Made by a program: the position numbers and the translations under genes. From assembly GCA_903915225.1 (NCBI GenBank), contig CAIWSB010000080.1:21459-85458 (forward strand): 64,000 nucleotides of DNA, in the 5' to 3' direction. Numbering within the stretch: the first letter of the stretch is position 1; each line of letters starts with the position of its first letter. Source of the stretch: an uncultured Candidatus Woesearchaeota archaeon (GTDB taxonomy: Archaea; Nanobdellota; Nanobdellia; Woesearchaeales; B29-G15). A model generated the notes under the pieces. It was not told the origin of the DNA. It worked only from the letters and a program-made list of their open reading frames with translations, and ran no database searches. This document shows positions 29,098-39,640 of this stretch, piece after piece.

Positions 29098-29859
29098 TCA
29101 CCTCTTTGTAAACCCGCGCCTCTCTCCCCAGGTAAACGGGTCTTTTTTCCAATCCAAAAGGGTTTCAAGGTTTTCTTTGTTGATATACCCAGATACAACT
29201 GCAGTACGCAACAATGTATTGAAATCCAGCAGCGATTTGAACCCTAAGCCTTCCAGCTGCTGCCCAGAAATGCCATAATTAAATATTGATAGGCAATACT
29301 TCAGAATGCCATTGGCTTCACGGAGGGCATCTGCTGCGCTTTTTGATGATTCACCAGTGGATATGAGATCCTCAATAAGAGCAACGCTTTTCTCCTGAAA
29401 ACCCTCATCTGGCAGTCCTTCTAGCCTTTTCCTCATTCCATGATCTTTTTGCTTTTCACGCACATAAACAAATGGGAGATTAAGCCTTTGAGCCAGCCAT
29501 GCCCCCCAGGGTATTCCCGCAGAAGCAGTTCCTGCAATCACATCTGGAAAGCCTTCCTTCATTTGGTCAATAAACCCCTTGATTATAGTTTCCCTGGCAT
29601 CAAGATACCAGAGGAATTGCCTGTTGTCATTGTAGATTGGCATCCAATAGCCAGATGCCCAAAGAAAGGGTTTCTCAGAGTTAATTTTAATTGCTCCAAT
29701 CTTAAGTCCAGTTTTAGCGATATTAATAGTATATACCCCCCCATAATAACAAGCTCCATCACTACACGTACCACACTTAAATTCATCTTCCATAGCAAAT
29801 CCCCCTAAAGAAATATGTGAGAATGGCTTCGTTCTGGGCACAGCCCTTTGAAAAAACAT
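29098..29859 (-). CDS. pyrE: Orotate phosphoribosyltransferase (alternative start ATG at 29793)
   Basis: PRTase type I: LKIGAIKINSEKPFLWASGYWMPIYND and PRPP loop VALIEDLISTGES. Confidence 0.75.
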   Translation of the reverse strand: MFFQRAVPRTKPFSHISLGGFAMEDEFKCGTCSDGACYYGGVYTINIAKTGLKIGAIKINSEKPFLWASGYWMPIYNDNRQFLWYLDARETIIKGFIDQMKEGFPDVIAGTASAGIPWGAWLAQRLNLPFVYVREKQKDHGMRKRLEGLPDEGFQEKSVALIEDLISTGESSKSAADALREANGILKYCLSIFNYGISGQQLEGLGFKSLLDFNTLLRTAVVSGYINKENLETLLDWKKDPFTWGERRGFTKR

Positions 29860-30007
29860 TCTCCATTAAGAAATAAATTACTTCGGGCAAGTTCTATTTA
29901 AAGATTTATATTGCTTAGTATAGGTTTCCGACGAGAAATGAAATCCTTAAGCATATCAAAACCTCTCTTACCATACTTTTAATGAAACAATTTATTTAAT
30001 AAATTTG

Positions 30008-31495
30008 TTATTGTGTAAGCATCATTTCGCGTTCACTAACCCGTAACTTCTGGAATCTTTGATAGTCAGACATATCAAAAGGGTACTGGCCCATTGTGCA
30101 ACCCAAGCAGGCTGTTTTTGGGCAAAGATTAACTGCTTCCAAGACACTTTCTATGGGCAAATAATTAAGTGTTGTTGCACTAATTGTTTTTCTGGCTTCC
30201 TCTATTGCCTCTGGCGAGTTCTCTTTTAACAGGAGCTCATCATACTCTGCAATATCAATCCCGCCGGGGCATATCCCAATAAATGGTGGGTAAGTCACAA
30301 ACATATGAACCTCTTTTGCACCAAGTGAGTAAAGCCTTGCTACAATTGCCCTTGAGGTATCGCCACGGACAATGCTGTCATCCACTACACCAACCCTCTT
30401 GCCTTTTATGTGCGATTTAATGAAGAGGAATTTTCCATCAATTGATTTTCCCCGTGCGCCTTCCTCTTTCTGGAAAGCCCTAACTGGGGAATGTGATGGG
30501 CGAGCAACAATTCCCCCATACTCCTTGTCCCAAGTATTGGCAAGGGCAATTGAGGCAGGGATGGGGGATTTTGGGATAGGGGTAATTACGTCAACCCTAT
30601 CTTTCATATGGGAATAGACCTTACTAATCTCAAAACCCAGCTTTGTGCGGGCATCGTAAACCTGCTCGCCCCGCAAATTTGAATCCACCTGAGCAAAGTA
30701 AACAGATTCGAAGGGGCATGACTTCTCACCCAGGTTTAGCAGGGTGCTGCTGTGAAGATTTAGATTCAAATCAATAAAGATTACCTCCCCGGGCTTTAGT
30801 TCCCTCATCTCATGAAATCCCCTGAGATAATGGAAAGCGGTCGTCTCTGAAGCAAAGGCATACTCCACCTTGCCTTCCGAAGTGCGTTTTGCAAGGCCCA
30901 ACGGACGTATACCGTGCGGGTCCTTGAATGCCAGCAACCCCTTGCCTGCAATTATGGCAACAGCAGAATATGCCCCAATAACCTTGATGCCACCTTGGGC
31001 CCCGTAGGTCATAGCCATTGCAGGGATTATCGTTTTTTCAAAATATTCCTTGCCAGAATGCCCATTGTTGCATGATTTTATATTCTCTGCAAAAGCAAGC
31101 ATCAGCGCCTCCACATCGCACCCCGTGAGGAAAGAGTATGTGCCATCCAGCTGTTCGCGTATAGATAGGTAATTGGCAATCTGGCCATTGTGGGCCATCG
31201 CAATCCCTGGGTTTTGGATAAGCAAGGGTTGGGCATCATTCTCTAGGTTGTTACCTATTGTGGCATAGCGGTTATGGCCTATCGCCAATGTGTAAGGCAA
31301 TTCCCCCATTCCCTTACCTCTGAAAACTTCTGATGATGAGCCCGCACCCCGTATTGGCTGCCCAAACTTGTTATTCTTTGTGTCAAACCCAATTATGCCT
31401 GTTGAGTCCCGGCCACGGTGCTCCAGGGCAACCAGGGCAGCCTCCAAATCGCCACAAACTGGTTGATTGCTAATTATCCCAACAATTCCGCACAT
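30008..31495 (-). CDS. purF: Amidophosphoribosyltransferase
   Basis: Ntn nucleophile MCGIVGI, GATase type II domain, and C-terminal PRTase domain VGVVDDSIVRGDTS. Confidence 0.9.
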   Translation of the reverse strand: MCGIVGIISNQPVCGDLEAALVALEHRGRDSTGIIGFDTKNNKFGQPIRGAGSSSEVFRGKGMGELPYTLAIGHNRYATIGNNLENDAQPLLIQNPGIAMAHNGQIANYLSIREQLDGTYSFLTGCDVEALMLAFAENIKSCNNGHSGKEYFEKTIIPAMAMTYGAQGGIKVIGAYSAVAIIAGKGLLAFKDPHGIRPLGLAKRTSEGKVEYAFASETTAFHYLRGFHEMRELKPGEVIFIDLNLNLHSSTLLNLGEKSCPFESVYFAQVDSNLRGEQVYDARTKLGFEISKVYSHMKDRVDVITPIPKSPIPASIALANTWDKEYGGIVARPSHSPVRAFQKEEGARGKSIDGKFLFIKSHIKGKRVGVVDDSIVRGDTSRAIVARLYSLGAKEVHMFVTYPPFIGICPGGIDIAEYDELLLKENSPEAIEEARKTISATTLNYLPIESVLEAVNLCPKTACLGCTMGQYPFDMSDYQRFQKLRVSEREMMLTQ

Positions 31496-31496
31496 T

Positions 31497-32267
31497 TTAT
31501 TCTCCTGTCACCTCCCGGGCAGCCAGTATTGCCGGGTCCTTTGTATCGCCCCACAGCGCACCCAAATCAACACCCTCTTTCATTTGCTTTCCATCGAAGC
31601 ATAATATGCCAGAGTCATCCATTGCGACTCTTCCTTGGGCAATTGATGTGACTGAGAAAGCATAAGCCGGCCAGTCACACTTCTGTTTCTGAATCTCCTG
31701 CACTCTCTTGGCATCGGATGGAGAATAATCCTTTAATGGGAGCTCTTTGGACCGGGCAATTATTTTACCTTCGTCCATTTCTTGGTTTACAAGATGTACA
31801 GTTGACCTTGTTGTTTCTTCTCCTGCTGCCAAGACATTTTCCACAGCCTTTCCGCCCCGGTATTTCCGTTTTCCATTTTCGCCAAGTATTGATAAATCCG
31901 CCGGGTGAACATTGATTATCCTATACTCAAATGCTTCAACTAATGGATAAGACACTATCCTCATGTATCCTGCCAGTGCAACTATGTCGATAGCCCCTGT
32001 TTCCTCCTGAAATCTATTTAACATGCCCAGCAGAATGCGGTCGCGCTCTTCCCGAGTTTTCCCAGCATCTTCTCCCATATACAGCACCGGGATATTGTTT
32101 CGCTGGCCAATATTTACACAGTTGCACGGCCTGTCCACGAATATTCCACAAACCTCGAAAAGGTTGCCTGTGCTTCTGAGCAATGCCTCAAGGTTTGTGC
32201 CAGAGCCAGATCCAAAAACATAAACCCTCATTTTTTTACCAAGTTTTGGTTTGTAAAGCGGTTTCAT
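31497..32267 (-). CDS. purN: Phosphoribosylglycinamide formyltransferase (with C-terminal extension)
   Basis: VFGSGSGTNLEALL and INVHPADL, the formyl-transferase motifs. Confidence 0.8.
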   Translation of the reverse strand: MKPLYKPKLGKKMRVYVFGSGSGTNLEALLRSTGNLFEVCGIFVDRPCNCVNIGQRNNIPVLYMGEDAGKTREERDRILLGMLNRFQEETGAIDIVALAGYMRIVSYPLVEAFEYRIINVHPADLSILGENGKRKYRGGKAVENVLAAGEETTRSTVHLVNQEMDEGKIIARSKELPLKDYSPSDAKRVQEIQKQKCDWPAYAFSVTSIAQGRVAMDDSGILCFDGKQMKEGVDLGALWGDTKDPAILAAREVTGE

Positions 32268-33496
32268 TTCCCAATGTCCCTCCTGAAATGGGCGCCTTCA
32301 AAATGGATTTTATGTACCCCCCTATAACTTTTTGCAATGGCTTCTTCCAAAGAATTAGCCACTGCTGTGACACTAAGCACGCGCCCTCCGTCCGTAATTG
32401 TGTTTTTACCATGCAGCTTAGTCCCTGCATGGAAAACCAAAATTTCAGGTGGCACCTTCTCCAAGCCATAGATTCGTTTCCCTGTTTCATAATCTCCAGG
32501 ATAACCTTTAGAGGCCATAACAACACTGCAGCAGGATTTTTCCTCCCACAAGACTTGTTTTCCCAAAAGCCTTCCAGAATCACTAGCAATCATTACCTCA
32601 ATCAAATCCGATTTTAGCAGAGGTAACACAGCCTGAGTTTCGGGATCACCTAACCTGCAGTTGAACTCAAGAACTTTTGGCCCTTCAGAGGTGATCATGA
32701 GCCCGGCATAAAGCAATCCTGTGTAAGTTATTCCTCTTTTACGAAGGCCAATAAGCGTGGGTTTAAGAATCTCTTCTGATATATGGGATATAAGATTCTT
32801 CTCTATTAGCTCTGGTGTTGAAAAAGAACCCATGCCACCCGTGTTTGGCCCGCCGTTATTATCAAAAACCCTCTTATGGTCCTGGGCAGGGGGCAGCAAG
32901 CTAAGATTGTACCCGTCAGTAAAGGCCATTACACTCACTTCGCGCCCCTGGAGCCGTTCCTCAAAAAGGATTTTTTGATTCTCCCCCGCCATATTCTTTA
33001 AGACAAAACTAACAGCCTCTGCACATGTTTTTGGCAGCAGCACACCTTTTCCAGATGCAAGGCCATCTGCCTTTATCACCCAGGAATTCATATCATTTCG
33101 CAATGCAAAATTATTGGCTCTCCTGGAGCTATCAAAAACCTCTGCCCGAGCAGTTGGAATATTGTTTTCAATCAAAATCTCCTTGGTAAAGCTCTTGCTG
33201 CCCTCCAACTTTGCTGCTTCTGCTGTCGGGCCGAAAATTTTCAATCCAAGCTGCCTAAACCTTTCAACTATACCATCCACAAGGTAATTCTCTGGCCCCA
33301 CAATTGTGTAATCGATCCCTAAGGCCGTTGCTTGATCTACCAACTGATCAATTGTATTTGCATTGAGATTTGTGCAAAACTCACCCGTTCCAGCATTTCC
33401 AGGTGCGCAATAAACTTTCTCAACCAGCAGGCTTTGCTGGGCTTTCCAGGCAAGGGCGTGCTCCCTTGCTCCCCGCCCGACAATTAATATCTTCAT
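32264..33496 (-). CDS. purD: Phosphoribosylamine-glycine ligase
   Basis: MKILIVGRGAREHALAWK and the ATP-grasp core. Confidence 0.9.
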   Translation of the reverse strand: MKILIVGRGAREHALAWKAQQSLLVEKVYCAPGNAGTGEFCTNLNANTIDQLVDQATALGIDYTIVGPENYLVDGIVERFRQLGLKIFGPTAEAAKLEGSKSFTKEILIENNIPTARAEVFDSSRRANNFALRNDMNSWVIKADGLASGKGVLLPKTCAEAVSFVLKNMAGENQKILFEERLQGREVSVMAFTDGYNLSLLPPAQDHKRVFDNNGGPNTGGMGSFSTPELIEKNLISHISEEILKPTLIGLRKRGITYTGLLYAGLMITSEGPKVLEFNCRLGDPETQAVLPLLKSDLIEVMIASDSGRLLGKQVLWEEKSCCSVVMASKGYPGDYETGKRIYGLEKVPPEILVFHAGTKLHGKNTITDGGRVLSVTAVANSLEEAIAKSYRGVHKIHFEGAHFRRDIGK

Positions 33497-34809
33497 TTCC
33501 CTAAAATCCTCGCAGCTGCAAGGGCAGCATTCCCTGGGTCGATAACTGTCATAACGGGGACATCGCTTGGCATTTGAAGCGTTGAATGAATATTTATGGA
33601 ATAGTCTTGCAGATCCTTGAAAGGCGGGCAGGCAATTACTGGGAAGTTTGAATTTGCAGCCACCAAACCAGAGAGTGCGTTGCTGCGGCCCGCAACTGTT
33701 ATTGCCACAATTGGTTCAATGGAATTATTAAACTTCTCAATTATGGAGAGAACCTTTAGTGGGGATTTGTGCCCTGAGGCAACAAACAATCCGTGAGGAA
33801 TATTCAACCTATTGAGATTTGCTGCTATTTTTTCTATAAACTGTGTATCCTTATCACTCCCCATTATTATTGGGACATAGCAGCCCCGTATTATTCCGGC
33901 TTCGCGCAGATTGTAAATCACTCTTTGGCTTTTTGGAGCATCTCCTGTTTTGATAGGTTCCCCCGTTAGTTGCTCGAATAACTCTAAATACCTGGCACCA
34001 ACTTCCTGTTGGATATTTGCGGGTATCACTGGAGGTACTCCTTCTCCTGCAAATCCAGCTCCACGGAGCCAATCCCTTAAAAATTCCTTATCAAGCTGCC
34101 TCACTTTCCCAAAGGCATAGTCTGACTTATACCAATACCTTGATGAATCGGGAGTATGTATTTCATCAATTAGCATTAGCTCATTGTTCTCGTCAAGCCC
34201 GAACTCATACTTTGTGTCAACAAGGATAAGGCCGCGCTGGTCAGCCACTTTCTGGCCCATTTCAAATAATTCTAGACATATGCTTTCAATATTTTGCCAA
34301 AGGGCGCGGGTTATTAGCCCATTTTCAACAAGCTCAGCAGGTGTGGTATCCTTGTCATGGTCTCCTTTGGTAGTGGGTGTGATAATGGGTCTTGGCAATC
34401 TCGTATTCTCTCTGAGTCCTTCTGGCAACTCCACCCCACATTTCTCGCGTTTGCCTGCTGCATAGTCCCTCCCCAAGGAACCAGCCATATAACCTCGGAC
34501 AACAAACTCCACATTAATTGGGGTGCATTTTCTAAGAATAAAAACACATGGATCTGGCATTGAGATTATATGATTCCTTACTATCTTCTTTGATTGGTTG
34601 AACCAGAACATGGCAAGGCCAGCAAGGACATCTCCCTTATTTGGAATTGGCTCATTCAAAACTCGGTCGAAACAAGATACGCGGTCTGTAGTAACCATTA
34701 ATAGCCGATTGCTATCCAATTTGTACATATCCCGTACCTTCCCCTTTTTAAAAAATTCGAGTTCAGGAATTACTGCATTGCTTATGGTGTTTTGATTGGA
34801 AACCCTCAT
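33493..34809 (-). CDS. purC: Bifunctional SAICAR synthetase (PurC, N-terminal) / AIR carboxylase-mutase (PurE, C-terminal) fusion, PAICS-like
   Basis: N-terminal LLMVTTDRVSCFD and the SAICAR synthetase fold. C-terminal IIMGSDKD...VASGHKSPLK...AGRSNALSGLVAA PurE motifs. Confidence 0.85.
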   Translation of the reverse strand: MRVSNQNTISNAVIPELEFFKKGKVRDMYKLDSNRLLMVTTDRVSCFDRVLNEPIPNKGDVLAGLAMFWFNQSKKIVRNHIISMPDPCVFILRKCTPINVEFVVRGYMAGSLGRDYAAGKREKCGVELPEGLRENTRLPRPIITPTTKGDHDKDTTPAELVENGLITRALWQNIESICLELFEMGQKVADQRGLILVDTKYEFGLDENNELMLIDEIHTPDSSRYWYKSDYAFGKVRQLDKEFLRDWLRGAGFAGEGVPPVIPANIQQEVGARYLELFEQLTGEPIKTGDAPKSQRVIYNLREAGIIRGCYVPIIMGSDKDTQFIEKIAANLNRLNIPHGLFVASGHKSPLKVLSIIEKFNNSIEPIVAITVAGRSNALSGLVAANSNFPVIACPPFKDLQDYSINIHSTLQMPSDVPVMTVIDPGNAALAAARILGK

Positions 34810-35630
34810 TTTTTATCACCTTGCGCATTTTTTACAACATTCTTAAAAATTGTCAAGCCCCCACCTTCAATAATATTTGGGGTATCTATCTTGGATTTAA
34901 TCATTCGAGTCCACAGGGGATGATTGTAAAAAAGCAGGAATGCTTCCGGATGGGCCATCATACCAAATATTCTACCTGTTCTATCGCAAATTCCCCCTAT
35001 TGACTCCAAAGAGCCGTTGGGATTTTGAGGGTAACTCATTGTTGGATTTCCTTCAGGATCACAATATTGCAGAGCAACCAGGTTCTCAGAGATAATTTGT
35101 TTTAGAACACCTGAATTCTTGGCACAAAACCTGCCTTCACCATGCCTAACCGGCAGATAAATCGTGTCCAACCCTTTTGTGAATACGCAAGGACTCAAAG
35201 GATTGATTTTATGCAGCACCCACCTGTCTTCAAATTTTCCACTGGAGTTATAGGCCAGGGAAACCTCTTGCTCTCCACTTAAATTTGGGAGCAACCCTAA
35301 ACGGACCAGCAGCTGGAACCCGTTACAGACCCCGAATATGTAACCTCCATGATGCACGAACCCAACTAGCTCTTCCCGAAGCGTTCTTCCATTCTTAAGC
35401 TTTGAAAAAGTTACTTTGTTAGCCAGGGCCTTGGCAGCCCCCAGCTCGTCTCCGAATGAAAAACCTCCTGGAAAATTTATTATGTCATAATCAAAAATCC
35501 TGACTTTGCTTTGGAGAATTGCATTGATGTGCGCAAATTTGGGCGTTGCACCTGCCATACTGTAGCCCAGGGCCATTTCTTTCTCACAGTTTACCCCATA
35601 ACCCATAATTAGCAGGGATTTGACTTTCAT
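34806..35630 (-). CDS. purQ: FGAM synthase glutamine amidotransferase subunit
   Basis: GATase catalytic GVCNGFQLL, H/E downstream. Confidence 0.85.
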   Translation of the reverse strand: MKVKSLLIMGYGVNCEKEMALGYSMAGATPKFAHINAILQSKVRIFDYDIINFPGGFSFGDELGAAKALANKVTFSKLKNGRTLREELVGFVHHGGYIFGVCNGFQLLVRLGLLPNLSGEQEVSLAYNSSGKFEDRWVLHKINPLSPCVFTKGLDTIYLPVRHGEGRFCAKNSGVLKQIISENLVALQYCDPEGNPTMSYPQNPNGSLESIGGICDRTGRIFGMMAHPEAFLLFYNHPLWTRMIKSKIDTPNIIEGGGLTIFKNVVKNAQGDKK

Positions 35631-38593
35631 TTCAAGCCACCTTGCCAGGCTGATTTGAGTCCTTCGATACCTTCATCAATGATAAAATTACCTTTTTGCC
35701 CCTTAATTACCAAGCTCTTTCCGGGTTTTACAATTCCTATCTTAGAAAATGCGCAACTGGCTAGCAATTCCTCAAATCTGGATTGTGATTCCGGAGCAAC
35801 GCTGACAACAAACCTGCTGGGCGTTTCCGAGAACAAAATTGTGCAGTCATCCAAATGCCCACTAGATTGCACAAGTGATAAATCAACCTCTGCTCCCAAG
35901 CCACCTGCAAATGAGGACTCTGCCACAGCAACTGCCAGGCCGCCATCTGAGCAATCATGGCATGAATTCAGAACACCTTCCTTGATTGCAGAACCAACTG
36001 CAATATACAAATTTTTTGCAAGGCAAGCATCAACTGTTGGAACATCTCCGCCATTAATCTTCAGATGCATAAACAATTCAGAACCGCCAAGCTCATTCCG
36101 CGTGATACCAAGAAGGTAGATTACATCCCCCCTATTCTTGAAATCCATGGTGATGCACTTTTTAACATCTTCTATATTTCCTATGGCAGAAATTAACAGT
36201 GTTGGGGGCACGCTTATTTTGACGTTCCCCGCATGGAAATCATTCTTCATGCTATCCTTCCCCGAGATAAAAGGTGTCCCGAAAGCAAGGGCGTAGTCCT
36301 TAATTGCCTTATTAGCCCGCACTAATTGTGCGAGCTTATGCTTTCCATCTGGGTTTGATTCAGGATGAAACACAGGGTCAGGCCAACAGAAATTGTCCAC
36401 AAGAGCAATCTTTGAAATGTCGCCACCAACAGCAACCAGATTTCGGATTGCCTCGTCCATTGCATTTGCTGCCATGTGGTATGTGTCAAATTCACTGAAC
36501 TTTGGGCAGATGCCGTTGCTTATTCCCACTCCTTGGAAAGAGTGGTTTTCCATTGATTCAAGGGGTAACAGAACTGCAGCATCACTGGGCCCATCATTTC
36601 CACACAGAGGCTTGATTATGCTGCCACCTTGCACCTCATGGTCATACTGGCGCACAACCTGCTCTTTACTGCAAATGTTGGGAGAGGATAATAGGGATTT
36701 TAGTGTTGAACCAAAATCCTTCATGAATGAAAAGGCTGCAGATTCGGAAGAAGTTGGATTCCACTCAGCTTCGAGCCTTAGCTTAGGGCAGCCGTTGTGG
36801 AGGAAATCTAAATCCAGCAGGGCAACTGTATCCTGTCCAAAAAGTATGTGGAAATTGCCAGTTTTTGTGAACTCCCCAATAACAGCCACCCCAACATCAT
36901 GCAACGCCGCGAGTTCTTTTAATTTAGCTATCTTTTCCTTTGGAACAGCAAGAGTCATCCTCTCTTGTGACTCACTCACAAGGATCTCCCACGGTTGTAG
37001 CCCTTCATACTTTAGAGGTACATCCTTCAGCTGGATTTTGCATCCACCGCAGAGCCGAGAAATCTCACCAACTGAAGAGGATATGCCACCAGCTCCATTG
37101 TCGGTAAGAGCCGTGTAAAGCTCCGAGTTGCGTGCCTCTAGCAGGAAATCGGCTAGTTTTTTCTGAGTAAAAGGGTCTCCAATCTGGACTGCGCTGGTGG
37201 GGCTTCTCTCATTTAGTTTTTCAGAAGAAAAAGTAGCCCCATGAACTCCATCAAGGCCAGTTCTACCTCCGGCAATAACAACCAAATCTTCTGGAGAAAT
37301 TGTCTTAATATGTGTGGGTTTTCCATTAATTTTGCTTGGAGCAATGCCTAGTGTTCCGCAAAAGACCAGCGGTTTTCCTAAATATCGCTCATCAAACACA
37401 ATGCAGCCGTTGACAGTTGGTATTCCACTTTTGTTGCCTCCATGCTCAACGCCACGCCTTACACCCTCAAAAACCCTTCTCGGGTGGAGCAGCATTTTAG
37501 GCACGTCACCTGAAAAATTCGGTGGGGCAAAACAAAAAACATCTGTGTTGGCAATAAGCCTCGAACCAGTCCCGGCTCCGAGAGGATCTCGGTTCACACC
37601 GACAATTCCAGTTAAGGCCCCCCCATAGGGATCCAGGGCAGAGGGCGAGTTGTGCGTCTCGACTTTGAAAACCAGATTGAACTTATCATTAAATTTAATT
37701 ATACCTGCATTGTCATCAAAAACTGAAACCAGCCAATCAATCTTTTTTCCAATCTCTTTTGTTGGATTTTTGATAAAGCTCTTGAAGCACCCATCCACAA
37801 TTTCAGTCTTCCCTGGCTCTTTGTGTGTAATCTCTGCATTGAAAATCTTATGCTTGCAATGCTCCGACCATGTTTGGGCAATGCATTCCAGCTCCACATC
37901 TGTGGGGTCTTCGCCAAGCCCAAGAGAATTACGCATTTGTGAGGGTTTTTTGAAGTGGCCTCTTATGGCCTTCAGCTCCTCAATGGATAAGGCGAGCAGC
38001 CGCTCCTGGCTTAGCCTCATCATGGCTTCATCATCTAATTGCAGGTTTATCCTTTCAACAATTTGCTTTAGGCGGAGCTTAATCTCGGGGATGGTCCGCT
38101 TTAAGCCATCCAGTTTCTTGGAGGGAGTAATGTTAAATGAATTAATCAGCCTGTTTCCAAGTAGTCCGTTAGCAATACCCTCCACTTCTTTCTCGCTTAT
38201 ATCCCCCTTGAGCAAAAACTGGGTGAAAGAGTAGACCCCTTCACTGCCAGAAAATTTTATATCCAATGCATCTTCAATAGCTATTTTTGCAGTGTTGCCA
38301 AGGTTATCTTTCACCCCAGGTCTAAAGCCGACTTCTACAAGCCATGAAAAATCTACATTGGATGCCAAGTGTGAGTTTATCTTACATTCCTCTATAATCG
38401 GGTCATGCAAGGCCGGGCCAATAGTTTGTAGTTGCTCCTTTGAGAAGTCACGTGATATTACGTATACTTTAATTGCAGTGACTCCAGTGACCTCTTCTGA
38501 GAAAAATTTATTGATGTCTTCTTTCACTCCACGGCCTAAAGGGTCATCGAAAGAATCTTTTACCTTAACTTCTATCCAGGTGAAATCTCTCAT
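35627..38593 (-). CDS. purL: FGAM synthase PurL with an N-terminal PurS-like domain (PurSL fusion)
   Basis: The first ~80 aa (MRDFTWIEVKVKDSFDDPLGRGV...) resemble PurS. The rest is the PurL AIRS-like tandem domains (SPSALDPYGGALTGIVGVNRD). Confidence 0.85.
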   Translation of the reverse strand: MRDFTWIEVKVKDSFDDPLGRGVKEDINKFFSEEVTGVTAIKVYVISRDFSKEQLQTIGPALHDPIIEECKINSHLASNVDFSWLVEVGFRPGVKDNLGNTAKIAIEDALDIKFSGSEGVYSFTQFLLKGDISEKEVEGIANGLLGNRLINSFNITPSKKLDGLKRTIPEIKLRLKQIVERINLQLDDEAMMRLSQERLLALSIEELKAIRGHFKKPSQMRNSLGLGEDPTDVELECIAQTWSEHCKHKIFNAEITHKEPGKTEIVDGCFKSFIKNPTKEIGKKIDWLVSVFDDNAGIIKFNDKFNLVFKVETHNSPSALDPYGGALTGIVGVNRDPLGAGTGSRLIANTDVFCFAPPNFSGDVPKMLLHPRRVFEGVRRGVEHGGNKSGIPTVNGCIVFDERYLGKPLVFCGTLGIAPSKINGKPTHIKTISPEDLVVIAGGRTGLDGVHGATFSSEKLNERSPTSAVQIGDPFTQKKLADFLLEARNSELYTALTDNGAGGISSSVGEISRLCGGCKIQLKDVPLKYEGLQPWEILVSESQERMTLAVPKEKIAKLKELAALHDVGVAVIGEFTKTGNFHILFGQDTVALLDLDFLHNGCPKLRLEAEWNPTSSESAAFSFMKDFGSTLKSLLSSPNICSKEQVVRQYDHEVQGGSIIKPLCGNDGPSDAAVLLPLESMENHSFQGVGISNGICPKFSEFDTYHMAANAMDEAIRNLVAVGGDISKIALVDNFCWPDPVFHPESNPDGKHKLAQLVRANKAIKDYALAFGTPFISGKDSMKNDFHAGNVKISVPPTLLISAIGNIEDVKKCITMDFKNRGDVIYLLGITRNELGGSELFMHLKINGGDVPTVDACLAKNLYIAVGSAIKEGVLNSCHDCSDGGLAVAVAESSFAGGLGAEVDLSLVQSSGHLDDCTILFSETPSRFVVSVAPESQSRFEELLASCAFSKIGIVKPGKSLVIKGQKGNFIIDEGIEGLKSAWQGGLK

Positions 38594-39552
38594 TCCAGGT
38601 AAAGACCCTCTTTTGAAATTATCTCCCCGATAATGTACCCCCCAGTATCAGATTTCACACTTTCTACAATATCCTTATCGCAAATCAGTACCAAACCGAT
38701 GCCCATATTGAATGTTCTGAACATCTCCTCTTCGGGGACTTTGCCTAACTCTTGAATCAATGAGAAAATCCTTGGGATTTTCCAATTCTTTTGTATCCTT
38801 GCCCCTAGCCCCGGGGGGAAAATTCTGGGGATTTTTTCATAGAAACTCCCACCAGTAATGTGGCATATGCCGCTAATATCATAATTTTCAAGCAATTTGA
38901 GAACCATTTTTGTATATATCTTGGTTGGTTTGAGCAATTCCTCTGAGAGTTTACACCCAATATCCTCCCTGAAGGCAATTAAATCAAGTTTTGCATCCTC
39001 TATCAGAACCTTTCTGATAAGAGAAAAGCCGTTGCTGTGAAGTCCGCTTGATGGAATCCCAACAAGCACATTCCCAGACCGGATTTTACTCCCGTCGATA
39101 AGCCTTTCTTTCTTAACAATGCCAACTGCAAATCCCGCCAGGTCATATTCCTCATTCCCATAAAATCCTGGCATTTCAGCTGTTTCACCCCCAATTAAGA
39201 CTGCCCCAGATTCTTCACAGCCCCTTATTACCCCCCTAAGGATTTCCTTACTTTTTGCTAAATCCAGGCGCCCGGTGGCATAATAATCGAGGAAGAAAAG
39301 AGGCTTTGCCCCCATGCAAATGATGTCATTTACGCACATTGCCACCAAGTCTATCCCAACGGTGTCATGTTTCCCGACCATTGCAGCAATTCTTAATTTT
39401 GTTCCAACACCGTCGGTTCCTGAGACAAGATAGTTCTCACCGAGTGGGAAGGCTCCCCCAAACCCCCCAATTAGGGGCGAACTCTTTTTTAACCATTTCA
39501 CTAGGTCTTGTCCCTGGCTAATATTGACGCCGGTTTCTTTGTAAGTAGTCAT
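38590..39552 (-). CDS. purM: Phosphoribosylformylglycinamidine cyclo-ligase (AIR synthetase)
   Basis: IGGFGGAF, DGVGTK, and the PurM fold. First gene of the 8-gene minus-strand purine operon. Confidence 0.9.
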   Translation of the reverse strand: MTTYKETGVNISQGQDLVKWLKKSSPLIGGFGGAFPLGENYLVSGTDGVGTKLRIAAMVGKHDTVGIDLVAMCVNDIICMGAKPLFFLDYYATGRLDLAKSKEILRGVIRGCEESGAVLIGGETAEMPGFYGNEEYDLAGFAVGIVKKERLIDGSKIRSGNVLVGIPSSGLHSNGFSLIRKVLIEDAKLDLIAFREDIGCKLSEELLKPTKIYTKMVLKLLENYDISGICHITGGSFYEKIPRIFPPGLGARIQKNWKIPRIFSLIQELGKVPEEEMFRTFNMGIGLVLICDKDIVESVKSDTGGYIIGEIISKEGLYLE

Positions 39553-39640
39553 TTTTAACCAAACCCCTTAGAACTCTTTTTATTCATTATTATGCACTAA
39601 ACCGAAAAATATTTATATATTTTGTACATAATAATGTAAC
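39553..39640. promoter_or_regulatory. Divergent promoter/operator region between purM and the HTH-PRTase regulator; AT-rich quasi-palindrome AAAATATTTATATATTTT
   Basis: 88-bp intergenic space carrying an AT-rich near-palindrome centred ~39612. Confidence 0.35.

Noticed and set aside
29794-29859. CGTCSDGACYYGG in the PyrE N-terminal extension resembles the C-x-G-C-x-D-G-A-C motif of the surface proteins
   Set aside because: It is a single short match in a cytoplasmic enzyme's optional N-terminal extension, and is most likely chance. It also makes the upstream start (29859) less likely than ATG 29793.
36393-37118. 241-aa plus-strand ORF, and others at 35655-36119 and 37650-38234, inside purL
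   Set aside because: Antisense to the PurL reading frame, which has a strong domain match. They are typical long spurious ORFs in a GC-balanced gene.
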